Source: an uncultured Eubacteriales bacterium (GTDB lineage: Bacteria > Bacillota > Clostridia > Oscillospirales > Acutalibacteraceae). From it: DNA of 57,573 bases. The position numbers and the translations under genes are program-made. Positions within the stretch are counted from its first letter, which is position 1. Each line of letters opens with the position of its first letter. A model generated the notes under the pieces. The model was given only the letters and a program-made list of their open reading frames with translations. It was not told the origin of the DNA and made no database searches. Location of the stretch: assembly GCA_964369215.1 (NCBI GenBank), contig CAYJEZ010000002.1, forward strand, positions 1 to 57,573, given 5' to 3'. Shown here piece by piece: positions 38,021-47,016 of the stretch.

Positions 38021-38947
38021 TTAAATTTTCTCTATTACTCTTAATCTTGCGCTTCTAGCTCTCATATTCGTCTCTAACTCTTCAGGCTTTGCTGTAAGCC
38101 CTCTTTTGTAAATAATATTACCCTTAGGTTTTTCTCCACAAACGCATATAGGAAAATCCTTAGGACATTTACATCCTGTGTTCTTCTCTTTCATAAACTC
38201 TTTAACTATTCTGTCTTCTAATGAATGAAAGCTTATTACCGCTAGTCTACCACCAGGTTGTAGAATTGAAAAAGCGCCCTCTAGTCCTTTTTCAAGCACC
38301 TCAAGCTCTTTATTTACAGCTATTCTAATAGCTTGAAAAGTCTTTCTTGCAGGGTGCTTTTCTTGCCTTCTAACAGCAGCGGGAACAGCGTATTTAATTA
38401 TCTCAGCTAGTTCAGTAGTTGTTTTTATTTCGCTTTCTTCTCTTGCGCATACAATCGCCTTTGCAATTCTAAACGCATTTTTATCTTCACCGTATTTTCT
38501 GATTATATTTGTAAGGTCAGCAATACCTAAAGTATTTACTAAATCATACGCACTTGTGCCGTTTTGACTCATTCTCATATCTAGTAATGCCTCAGTGTGA
38601 TACGAAAAGCCCCTATCAGTTTTATCTAGTTGATGTGAAGATACACCTATATCTAAAAGCACTCCATCTGCTAAAGCTATTCCATTTTCTTCTGCTATAT
38701 TAGCAATGTCACTAAAGTTGCCACTTGCTACTTTTACAAACTTAAACTCTTTAAGTCTTTCAGTTGCCACTATAATCGCATCAGGGTCTTGATCTATCGA
38801 CAGTAGTCTACCACTAGTTAGTCTTTGTGCTATAGCGGTTGAATGCCCTGCTCCTCCAACTGTTCCATCTATATATATTCCATCTGCCTTTATATTTAAA
38901 GACTCAATAGTCTCTTCAAAAAGTACAGGTATATGATTAAATTCCAT
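38021..38947 (-). CDS. rsmH: 16S rRNA (cytosine1402-N4)-methyltransferase
   Basis: The motifs are HIPVLFEE, YIDGTVGGAGHS, LLDIGVSSHQLD and ISFHSLEDRIVK. Confidence 0.95.
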   Translation of the reverse strand: MEFNHIPVLFEETIESLNIKADGIYIDGTVGGAGHSTAIAQRLTSGRLLSIDQDPDAIIVATERLKEFKFVKVASGNFSDIANIAEENGIALADGVLLDIGVSSHQLDKTDRGFSYHTEALLDMRMSQNGTSAYDLVNTLGIADLTNIIRKYGEDKNAFRIAKAIVCAREESEIKTTTELAEIIKYAVPAAVRRQEKHPARKTFQAIRIAVNKELEVLEKGLEGAFSILQPGGRLAVISFHSLEDRIVKEFMKEKNTGCKCPKDFPICVCGEKPKGNIIYKRGLTAKPEELETNMRARSARLRVIEKI

Positions 38948-39366
38948 TATAGTATAAGATCCTCCATATCTCCGCTCAACAATTCCTCTTTCATACTATC
39001 AGATTCAACTTTCCATTTTTCTTTATCCCAAATTTCTGCTCTTTCACGATTGCCAATTATTGAAACTTCTTTAGTAAGACCAGCATATTCTCTAAGCATT
39101 TGAGGAATTAATATTCTTCCTTGTTTATCTGTTTCTACGTCAACACAGTTAGCAGTAAAAATTTTTTGAAACTTTTTTGCATTACCAACATTTGAATTTG
39201 CTATATTATTAATAAACTTGTCCCATTCATCTTTTGAATAAACATACAGGCAGCCTTTAAGACCCACGCTGACGAAAAACACGTCACCGAGAAACTCACG
39301 GAATTTAGAGGGAACTGTGACCCTACCTTTTAAATCCAAATTATGTTGATACTGACCGTATAACAT
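38947..39366 (-). CDS. mraZ: transcriptional regulator MraZ
   Basis: Two SpoVT/AbrB-like halves are present (LDLKGRVTVPSKFRE and DKQGRILIPQMLRE). It is the first gene of the dcw cluster and overlaps rsmH at TAATG. Confidence 0.93.
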   Translation of the reverse strand: MLYGQYQHNLDLKGRVTVPSKFREFLGDVFFVSVGLKGCLYVYSKDEWDKFINNIANSNVGNAKKFQKIFTANCVDVETDKQGRILIPQMLREYAGLTKEVSIIGNRERAEIWDKEKWKVESDSMKEELLSGDMEDLIL

Positions 39367-39406
39367 AGACTACCCTTTCCTTCAATCAAATTCTGAGTCA
39401 AATTCT

Positions 39407-39459
39407 CCACTATAAAACACTTTTTGCCACTTAGACACACTTTTTGCCACCCAGTACAC
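39407..39459 (-). promoter_or_regulatory. MraZ operator: GTG[G/T] direct repeats phased about every 10 nt
   Basis: On the minus strand: GTGTActgGGTGGCaaaaaGTGTGtctaaGTGGCaaaaaGTGTTttataGTGGA. It includes an exact 14-nt direct repeat, GTGGCAAAAAGTGT, at a 20-nt period (39417-39430 and 39437-39450). Confidence 0.7.
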
Positions 39460-39461
39460 TT

Positions 39462-39490
39462 ATTATAGACTAAAGCTGTTAAACATGCAA
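39462..39490 (-). promoter_or_regulatory. dcw cluster promoter (Pmra equivalent)
   Basis: On the minus strand: TTGCAT-17 nt-TATAAT. Confidence 0.75.
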
Positions 39491-39598
39491 GTAAAATATA
39501 TAAAAAATTGAATTATTTTTTAGAAAAAGTAAATTGTCGAATATTTGGGTATCACATTCTTTAAACTGCTATATATTGTGTTTTTTCGCCAGAAAACA

Positions 39599-39640
39599 TA
39601 AAAACACCTGTTAAAAACCTAAATTTTTAACAGGTGTTAT
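39599..39640 (-). terminator. terminator after the coiled-coil protein gene, insulating the mraZ promoter
   Basis: AACACCTGTTAAAAA (39603-39617) pairs with TTTTTAACAGGTGTT (39624-39638), a perfect 15-bp stem followed by a T run on the minus strand. Confidence 0.85.
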
Positions 39641-39683
39641 TGTTATATTGCACAAATCATATAAAAGTGGAGGTGAATCCCTA

Positions 39684-40157
39684 TTATTGATTAGTTTTTT
39701 GTGCCGCTTTGATGTTCTGCCTAGTCTTTCTTAACTCAGCTAATGTATCAGAAACAGACTCATCAGCCCTTCTCATCAGTTCATCAACATAATAGTTAGA
39801 AGCATTTCTCATCTCTTTAAATTTTGCTTGCCCTTGCATTATTAGATCATTCGCTTTCGCCTGAGCCTGCCTTACTAATTCATCTTGATTAATAATATTT
39901 CTAGCTTTTTCTTCTGCTACTCTCACTACTGTATCAGCATCTCTTTGTGCTTCAATCATTATTTGCTCTTTTTGAGATATTATCTCTCTTGCTTTTCTAA
40001 TCTCGTCGGGTATAAGTTCCCTTATTTCATCTACAATCTCTCTAATTTCTTGCCCATCAGCAAAAACTTTTCCACCAGAAAGCGGAACAGACCAACCTCT
40101 ATCTATCACATCATCCAAAGCGTCTAATAAATCTTCTATTGTATCTTGATTGCTCAT
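39684..40157 (-). CDS. hypothetical coiled-coil protein (ATPase stator-subunit-like heptad-rich sequence)
   Basis: The ORF has good coding character and is followed by a strong terminator. It is charged and helical throughout. I recognised no catalytic motif. Confidence 0.55.
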   Translation of the reverse strand: MSNQDTIEDLLDALDDVIDRGWSVPLSGGKVFADGQEIREIVDEIRELIPDEIRKAREIISQKEQIMIEAQRDADTVVRVAEEKARNIINQDELVRQAQAKANDLIMQGQAKFKEMRNASNYYVDELMRRADESVSDTLAELRKTRQNIKAAQKTNQ

Positions 40158-40203
40158 AATTTCATTACCATTCCTTTCTCAAAACGCACTATTTATATAA
40201 ACA

Positions 40204-40707
40204 TTATTTTTTATCTTTGCATAGTCTATCACTTATGATATCAAGTAAACATTCAGGCACAAAGTAGCTAATATCTCCACCAAAACCGGCCACTTGCTTG
40301 ACCATGCTAGAGCTCAAAAACATATTATCAGAACTAGTAGCAAAAAACACTGTCTCTAAGTCGGGATTGAGTTTTTTATTTGTTAAAGCCATTTGGAACT
40401 CATACTCAAAGTCGGTCATAGCTCTTAAACCTTTTACTATAACATTAGACTTCTTCTCTTTTGCGTATTCAGCAATTAAACCGTCTACAATCTCAACTTC
40501 TACCGGTAAGTTTTCTTTTTCAACCACTACTTTTAGCATTTCTACTCTTTCAGAAGCAGTAAAACTAGTATGCTTACTCGGATTTTTAGGAACTGCAACA
40601 ATCAATTTATCAAAAACCTTGCAAGCCCTTATTATAATATCCAAATGTCCTAAAGTAATCGGGTCAAAACTTCCGGGATAAATAGCAATTTTCATTATTA
40701 CGACCAA
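40204..40707 (-). CDS. coaD: phosphopantetheine adenylyltransferase
   Basis: The motifs are [19 protein letters not shown] and [13 protein letters not shown]. The start is either TTG 40707 or ATG 40695. Confidence 0.92.
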   Translation of the reverse strand: MVVIMKIAIYPGSFDPITLGHLDIIIRACKVFDKLIVAVPKNPSKHTSFTASERVEMLKVVVEKENLPVEVEIVDGLIAEYAKEKKSNVIVKGLRAMTDFEYEFQMALTNKKLNPDLETVFFATSSDNMFLSSSMVKQVAGFGGDISYFVPECLLDIISDRLCKDKK

Positions 40708-40721
40708 CCAACCTTTATTGT

Positions 40722-41255
40722 TTAATCTCTATAAAATGTAAGCATTATCTTTCCATACTTATAACTTTTAGATTTTTTAAAATGTTCTACTGTTTCTGGC
40801 AAAACATCGTCTAAACTGTGCTCACATATTATTATTCCCTCATTTTTCATAAATGAGGCAAGCTTAGGCAATACGTCTTGCAATATTCCCTCGTTGTAAG
40901 GAGGGTCTAAAAACGCAATATCATACTCTTGTTTATTGCCAAGCAAAAAACAAGCATAATCTGCGTTAACCACTTTTGCCTTGTCTGAAAATTTAGTAGC
41001 ACTTATGTTTTTCTTACATATAGCAATAGCTTTTGCAGAACTATCTACTAGCACTGCGCTATTTGCCCCACGGCTTAAAGCCTCTAGCGCTATTTGTCCA
41101 CTCCCCGCAAACAAATCTAAAAAAACACTATCTACTAAGTCAAACTGTATTATATTAAAAAGTGACTCTTTCACCCTGTCTAACGTTGGGCGTGTGTTAT
41201 CGCCTTCTAAACTAAATAATTTAGTTCCTCTTTTTTCTCCTGAAATAACTCTCAT
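40722..41255 (-). CDS. rsmD: 16S rRNA (guanine966-N2)-methyltransferase
   Basis: The motifs are [44 protein letters not shown] and FLDPPY. The start is ATG 41255. Confidence 0.88.
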   Translation of the reverse strand: MRVISGEKRGTKLFSLEGDNTRPTLDRVKESLFNIIQFDLVDSVFLDLFAGSGQIALEALSRGANSAVLVDSSAKAIAICKKNISATKFSDKAKVVNADYACFLLGNKQEYDIAFLDPPYNEGILQDVLPKLASFMKNEGIIICEHSLDDVLPETVEHFKKSKSYKYGKIMLTFYRD

Positions 41256-41371
41256 ATACAACATTCCTACTTTAGCATACATCATTATCACATCATTTTG
41301 TCAAAATGTCAACAGTTTTAACAATTTTTTCAAATTTAATGTAATAATAGAAAGATTTATCAACTTTATTA

Positions 41372-43192
41372 TTAAAGGTGTTTTATAATACTTTCTGCAT
41401 TTTTTTTAGTGATACCCTTGACTTGCAAAAGCTCTTCAGCGCTTGCCTCTTTTATATTCTTAACTGTTTTAAAGTGTTTTAACAAAGCTTTCGCTTTTGC
41501 CATACCAATTCCTTCAATTTGAATTAAAGAAGACGAAATATTTGCTTTTTTTCTAAGGGTTTTATGGTAACCAATTGCAAACCTATGAACTTCATCTTGA
41601 ACAGAAGAAATAAAATTAAATGCTTTTTGTACAGATTGTATCTCTACTTCACCGCCGCTAGAAGCTATAGCCCTAGTTTTGTGTTTATTGTCTTTTACCA
41701 TTCCAAAAAGAGGAACATCTATCTCCATCTCCTTCAAAATAGGAAAAATAGCATTCACATGTCCTTTTCCGCCGTCAAGTAAAATCAAATCTGGCATTCT
41801 TCCAAATCCTTCTCCAGTTTCTTTTTTCTCTTCATACTCAGCAAATCTTCTTCTTATTACTTCTCTCATACTTTCATAATCGTCTTGTCCTACTACAGTT
41901 TTAATTTTAAATCTTCGATATGCGCTTTTTAGTGGTCTTGTGTTTTCAAACACTACCATACCACCTACATTCTCGCCGCCAGCTAAATTACTGATATCAT
42001 ATGCCTCAATATATTTGGGAGGGTTTTTCAAGCCCAAAAGTCTTGATAGCTCATCCATTGTAGAAAGCTCTTTTCCTGACGATTCGGTGTCGTGAGACAG
42101 TTTTTCCGCAGCGTTCCTTTTGCACATCTCTAAAAGCTTTGATTGCTCACCTATCTTCGGAATAAACAATTCTACTTTTTTACCTGCTTTATCACTCAGC
42201 CATTTTTCAATTAGTTCTTTATTTAAAAGCTCAAACTCTAATGTTATCCTTGTGGGTATCTCAAACTCTTCATAGTAGCGCTCAATAAATTCTTCAACTA
42301 ACTCCTCTAAAGATTCCATTTGCTCAAAAACGTAGTCTTGTCTATCACAAAGCCTTCCTGCTCTAAACTTTAATATGGTTATTCCAACTTTGTCTTCCGA
42401 CTTTGCTGTACCTATAACATCTTGAACTCCTATATTACTTTGAACAACCTTTTGTCTCTCCCCTACTTTTTCAATAGCATTAATTCGATCTCTAATCATA
42501 GCCGCTCTTTCAAAATCCAATCCCTCAGCCGCTTCATTCATTTTTGTGGTCAAAGATTTTATCGTTTCATTATTCCCTTTTTTTATAAACTCTATCGCAT
42601 CTTGAACTCGGTTTTCGTGTTCACTTTCCTTCATTTTACCCTTGCATGGCGCATCACATTGTTTAATATAATAATTCAAGCAAGGTCTAGCTCTGCCAAA
42701 CTCAGCTGGAAATTTTTTATTACATGTAGGAAGTTTAAATACTTTTACCGCTTCATCTACAATACTTCTTACCATAAAAGAGCTCATGTATGGGCCTAAA
42801 TACTTCGAGCCATCTTTATTAATTTGTTTTACAGCAGATATCCTTGTCCAAGGTGGAGATGTTATTTTAATATATGAGTAGCCTTTTGCATCTTTTAGCT
42901 TTACATTATATTTAGGATTATATTGTTTTATTAAACTATTCTCAAGCACTAATGCCTCAAACTCACTGTCTGTAACTATATAATCAAAGTCATATACAAG
43001 ACTTACCATTTGTATAACCCTTAGCGCATGATTTTTGTCAGACCTAAAGTATTGAGTTACACGGTTTTTCAACGCCTTCGCTTTGCCTACGTATATTATT
43101 TTTCCTGTTTTATCTTTCATTAAATAAACTCCGGGCATATGTGGCAATCTGTTCGCCTTAGCCCTTAAGTCTACTATTTTTTCATTCATCAT
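41372..43192 (-). CDS. uvrC: excinuclease ABC subunit C
   Basis: The GIY-YIG N-terminus reads PGVYLMKDKTGKIIYVGKAKALKNRV. A UVR domain, an endonuclease V-like domain and a C-terminal HhH motif (IEGIGMAKAKALLKHF) follow. Confidence 0.95.
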   Translation of the reverse strand: MMNEKIVDLRAKANRLPHMPGVYLMKDKTGKIIYVGKAKALKNRVTQYFRSDKNHALRVIQMVSLVYDFDYIVTDSEFEALVLENSLIKQYNPKYNVKLKDAKGYSYIKITSPPWTRISAVKQINKDGSKYLGPYMSSFMVRSIVDEAVKVFKLPTCNKKFPAEFGRARPCLNYYIKQCDAPCKGKMKESEHENRVQDAIEFIKKGNNETIKSLTTKMNEAAEGLDFERAAMIRDRINAIEKVGERQKVVQSNIGVQDVIGTAKSEDKVGITILKFRAGRLCDRQDYVFEQMESLEELVEEFIERYYEEFEIPTRITLEFELLNKELIEKWLSDKAGKKVELFIPKIGEQSKLLEMCKRNAAEKLSHDTESSGKELSTMDELSRLLGLKNPPKYIEAYDISNLAGGENVGGMVVFENTRPLKSAYRRFKIKTVVGQDDYESMREVIRRRFAEYEEKKETGEGFGRMPDLILLDGGKGHVNAIFPILKEMEIDVPLFGMVKDNKHKTRAIASSGGEVEIQSVQKAFNFISSVQDEVHRFAIGYHKTLRKKANISSSLIQIEGIGMAKAKALLKHFKTVKNIKEASAEELLQVKGITKKNAESIIKHL

Positions 43193-43293
43193 AGTTATTG
43201 CACACCGCCCTTAAATTTATTCTTAACTAATAGTTTTAAAACAACAAAAAAGGCAACAGCGCAAAACGCCATTGCCAATTTAACTTATGTTAA

Positions 43294-43557
43294 TTACTCT
43301 GTAAAGCCGGATTTAATCAGCTCTACCAAGCTTTCAACTGCCTCTTTGTCGTCTGCTCCATCGGCAATAACTCTTATACTTGTTCCACCGACTATACCTA
43401 AAGATAAGATACCTAACAAACTTTTAGCGTTTACCCTTCTCTCCTCTTTTTCAACCCAGATAGAAGACTTAAACTCATTCGCTTTTTGAATAAAAAAAGT
43501 AGCGGGACGAGCATGAAGACCTACTTGATTTTGAACTAATACCTCTTTATCGTACAT
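43294..43557 (-). CDS. ptsH: phosphocarrier protein HPr
   Basis: The His15 motif GLHARPA and the Ser46 motif NAKSLLGILSLG are present. The start at ATG 43557 follows AGGAGTGA. Confidence 0.9.
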   Translation of the reverse strand: MYDKEVLVQNQVGLHARPATFFIQKANEFKSSIWVEKEERRVNAKSLLGILSLGIVGGTSIRVIADGADDKEAVESLVELIKSGFTE

Positions 43558-43620
43558 AAAAAAATTCACTCCTGTCAAATATTACAATGTTTAAAACACA
43601 TCAAACTATCTTCTAAAATT

Positions 43621-43649
43621 ATTATAGCCATAAATTATCTAGACGTCAA
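43621..43649 (-). promoter_or_regulatory. sigma-A promoter for ptsH
   Basis: On the minus strand: TTGACG-17 nt-TATAAT. Confidence 0.7.
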
Positions 43650-43856
43650 CCGAATATTCAATTTTTGTCTTGATTAACTAGGGACAATATATTATGAACA
43701 ATTTATTTGTATAAATTAACCTTATTTTCTTCTTATTGAAATTATGTCTTGATAGGTATGTATTCCTTTTGATTTAAAATTCAACTATTATGCTACTAAA
43801 AAAATTAAACATTATTCTCAAATTTCATTAACAATTGTATGTAATGATTTTTTTCA

Positions 43857-44564
43857 TCATATTTCGCTATCTTTCGCACTAGCTAACTTGTTAAACAAGT
43901 CTGGTCTCAACCTTTTTGTCTTCTCTGTAGAATTATCACTCTTCCATTCTTTAATTTTTGCATGATTACCATTAAGCAAAACTTTAGGAACAGACAACTC
44001 TCTCCAAACCGCTGGCCTTGTATACTGGCTATGTTCTAGTTTCCCTGAATAATGACTTTCTTCTGTAAAACATATTTCTTCACTTAGCACTCCCGAAATC
44101 ATTCTACTTACAGCGTCGGTTAAAATCATAGCAGGCATCTCGCCTCCAGTCATAACATAGTCTCCAATCGAAACTTCTTCATCTACATATAAGTCAATAA
44201 GTCTCTGGTCAACTCCCTCATAGTGCCCACATAAAATACATAAATTATCTTTAGCAGATAATTCTACTGCTTTTTTTTGCGTTAATACCTTGCCACTAGG
44301 CGACATATATATAACATAGGGTTTCTTTCCTAAGTTATTAGTAAGTGTATCAATTAGGCAGGCAATAGGCTCTGCTTTTAACAACATTCCTTTACCCCCA
44401 CCAAAAGGCACATCGTCTACTCTTTTATGTTTGTCAAATGCATAATCTCTCAGTTGGTGTGTACAAACTTGCAAAAATCCAGCTTTACGAGCTCTGCCTA
44501 TTATGCTCTCACTCATAATATTTTCACACATTTCGGGAAAAAGGGTGATAACGTCAATTCGCAT
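43857..44564 (-). CDS. trmD: tRNA (guanine37-N1)-methyltransferase
   Basis: The motifs are MRIDVITLFPEM, DDVPFGGGKGM, CGHYEGVDQR and GDYVMTGGE. Confidence 0.95.
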   Translation of the reverse strand: MRIDVITLFPEMCENIMSESIIGRARKAGFLQVCTHQLRDYAFDKHKRVDDVPFGGGKGMLLKAEPIACLIDTLTNNLGKKPYVIYMSPSGKVLTQKKAVELSAKDNLCILCGHYEGVDQRLIDLYVDEEVSIGDYVMTGGEMPAMILTDAVSRMISGVLSEEICFTEESHYSGKLEHSQYTRPAVWRELSVPKVLLNGNHAKIKEWKSDNSTEKTKRLRPDLFNKLASAKDSEI

Positions 44565-45081
44565 CACTTATACCTCCGTCGTCAAAAATACCAGGAATAG
44601 GTTTTACCCTTACTACACCTTCTTCTAAGTCTGTACTATCTATCATTGGCTTGACAGCAGGAAAGAGAAACTCTTTCTCTTCATTGATAATTCTATAAAC
44701 ATTATTTGCTCCAGTATTAAATACTTCTTCAATAACTCCATAATATTCTGAAGTATTCGCATCTATTACTTTTAGTCCAATTAAGTCAGCTATAAAGTAA
44801 ATATCTTTCGGTAAGTTCACATCACTTTTATCAATGTATAAAACCTCACCTCTTAATTTAGCAGCCTCTTCAGGTGTATTAATATCTTCAATAGTAACGA
44901 GTGCCATTTTTTTGTGAATTCTTATTGACTTTTTTTTAAGCTCAGTTTTGCCTTGGTTTAAGTAAAGCAAATTAAACTTTTTAATAAATTCAGGATAATC
45001 TGCCCATACCTCTGCCTTTACCTCACCTTTTATGCCATGCACTCCTACGATTTTTCCAATCTCTAAATATCTGTCGGACAT
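44554..45081 (-). CDS. rimM: 16S rRNA processing protein RimM
   Basis: The motifs are IGKIVGVHGIKGEVK and a PRC-barrel C-terminus. The gene lies upstream of trmD and overlaps it. The start at ATG 45081 follows AAAGGAAG. Confidence 0.88.
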   Translation of the reverse strand: MSDRYLEIGKIVGVHGIKGEVKAEVWADYPEFIKKFNLLYLNQGKTELKKKSIRIHKKMALVTIEDINTPEEAAKLRGEVLYIDKSDVNLPKDIYFIADLIGLKVIDANTSEYYGVIEEVFNTGANNVYRIINEEKEFLFPAVKPMIDSTDLEEGVVRVKPIPGIFDDGGISDAN

Positions 45082-45402
45082 AATCAACTTCCTTTATTTT
45101 TTTATTTTAAGCATATTTTATTTACTCTATTTTGTCAAGTAATAATTATATTACACTCACATAACATTGCTATGCCATATTGTTTAAAAGCTTAATTTGA
45201 TTACATATATTATTTTGTTGTTTTCTAGCTAATATATAGTAAAAACAACAAAAGTTGTTCAAATGTTAATTAATTAATAATCTATAATAATTTTAAGTAT
45301 AAATTGTAAATTTCCTGTTAAAAATTTATTGTGTTATTGAATTAGTAATATATGTTGTTTATACTTAATAAATATGATACAACCTAGAAAGAAGGTGTAA
45401 AG

Positions 45403-45798
45403 ATGTTACAAAAATTAGCTATGTTTATGTCTGGCAGGTACGGTTTTGATAAGTTGAACTTTGTCTTAGCCATTGCATCAATAATTATTTCTTGCTTCGC
45501 CACATTATTTGATTTTGAAGCACTATCTATTATCTCTTTTGTACTCACATTGTATGTAATTTTTCGGATGTTTTCAAAAAATATACCAATGAGACAAAAA
45601 GAGTATTATTCTTTCTTAAAACTATGGACACCGATTGAAAAATGGTTTACAATAAAGAAGAAAGCATTTGATGACAGAGCTAGTTATAAATACTTTAAAT
45701 GCCCCAATTGTTCTCAACAGCTTAGAGCACCTAAAGGCAGAGGTAAAATATTAGTTACTTGTCAAAAATGCAGAAAAGAATTTTCAAAAAAAGTATAG
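45403..45798 (+). CDS. small membrane protein with a C-terminal zinc-ribbon
   Basis: Two TM segments are followed by CPNCSQQL...CQKCRKEF (CxxC-N17-CxxC). A GAAGGTG SD lies upstream. Confidence 0.6.
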   Translation: MLQKLAMFMSGRYGFDKLNFVLAIASIIISCFATLFDFEALSIISFVLTLYVIFRMFSKNIPMRQKEYYSFLKLWTPIEKWFTIKKKAFDDRASYKYFKCPNCSQQLRAPKGRGKILVTCQKCRKEFSKKV

Positions 45799-45976
45799 GT
45801 ATTAGAGTATTTTTGCTAATATGAAAAAATTTTGCTTTTATCTTTTACTATTAGTTTTCATATCTGCTTCAGTTATAAAAAAAGGTATAGCAGTCATAAA
45901 CTCTAACTTTTACTAACTGAAATTATACTCATATTTACTTATAATCAAGCTAAAAAAAGAAAGGTACGATATAATT

Positions 45977-46945
45977 ATGAGAATAGCAATTATTGGAACT
46001 TGGCATGTACACACAAACGAGTATGCACAATCGGTTATTGACAATGAAAAAGCAGAGCTTGTTTGCATTTATGATGTAGACAAAGCACGAGGAGAAGCTT
46101 TTGCAAATAAGTATAATTTACCCTTCGTTTCAGATTACAATGAAATTCTTAACGACAAAAGCATTGATAGTGTAGTAATTTCTACCGCTACTAACGAGCA
46201 CCCTGAAGTTATTAAGCAAGCTGCTAAAGCTGGTAAACATATTTTTACAGAGAAAGTATTTGCTTTTACTACAGCTGAGGCAGAGGAAATGGCAAGTGAG
46301 GTAGATCAATTTGGTGGCAAATTTACAATAGCATTATTCCAACGCAACCTATCAAAAGTAATATGCTTAAAAAAACTACAAGAAAGTGGTGATTTAGGAG
46401 ATATTACTTATATGAGAGTTCGAAATGTGCATAACGGAGCGATAGGCGGTTGGTTGCCTGAGCACTTTTTTGATAAAGAGCAATGCGGCGGCGGTGCGAT
46501 GATGGACTTAGGTGCACACCCTATGTATTTGCTAGATTGGTTTATGGGCGAGCCTGTCAGCATTTCTTCTACTTTCACTTCAGTAACAGGTAAACCTGTT
46601 GAAGACAATGCTGTTTGTACTATAGAATTCAAAAACGGAGCTATCGGAGTTTCAGAGACAAGCTTTGTATCTTCTAATTACCCATATATGATTGAATTAA
46701 GTGGAACAAAAGGCGGAGCTATGATTGTGGGAGAAACCGTTAGTTATTGCTGTGAAAAAACAGATAACAAATGGGTAACCATAGATAATATTCCTGAAAA
46801 TATGCCTAGGCCTATTCATCTATGGATAGATGCAGTGGTAAATGACACAGAAGCTCCTTTTACTACAAGAGATGCTGTTAATTTAACAAAGCTTATGGAA
46901 GGCGCGTATATTTCTAGCGATAAAGGTATAAAATACATATACTAA
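45977..46945 (+). CDS. Gfo/Idh/MocA family oxidoreductase
   Basis: The N-terminal Rossmann region reads MRIAIIGTWHVH, followed by the EKV(F) motif and a C-terminal alpha/beta domain. Confidence 0.85.
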   Translation: MRIAIIGTWHVHTNEYAQSVIDNEKAELVCIYDVDKARGEAFANKYNLPFVSDYNEILNDKSIDSVVISTATNEHPEVIKQAAKAGKHIFTEKVFAFTTAEAEEMASEVDQFGGKFTIALFQRNLSKVICLKKLQESGDLGDITYMRVRNVHNGAIGGWLPEHFFDKEQCGGGAMMDLGAHPMYLLDWFMGEPVSISSTFTSVTGKPVEDNAVCTIEFKNGAIGVSETSFVSSNYPYMIELSGTKGGAMIVGETVSYCCEKTDNKWVTIDNIPENMPRPIHLWIDAVVNDTEAPFTTRDAVNLTKLMEGAYISSDKGIKYIY

Positions 46946-46958
46946 ATAAAGTTAATAT

Positions 46959-46995
46959 AAGTGCGGAGCCTTTCGAGTGTTTCCGCACTTTTTTA
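46959..46995 (+). terminator. rho-independent terminator after the oxidoreductase gene
   Basis: AAGTGCGGA-gcctttcgagtgtt-TCCGCACTT-TTTT. Confidence 0.85.
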
Positions 46996-47016
46996 AAATA
47001 AAGGGAGTGACTACAC

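Noticed and set aside
39417-39450. Exact 14-nt direct repeats that could be mistaken for a mini CRISPR or tandem repeat.
   Set aside because: There are only two exact units, with a 6-nt spacer, in 10-nt phase with further GTG boxes directly upstream of mraZ. This fits an MraZ operator, not a CRISPR array. No cas genes are present.
43857-45081. rimM-trmD lacks the usual flanking rpsP/KH-protein gene upstream and rplS downstream.
   Set aside because: This is a gene-order variation only. Both genes look intact and the missing ribosomal protein genes are presumably elsewhere. It does not indicate a novel system.
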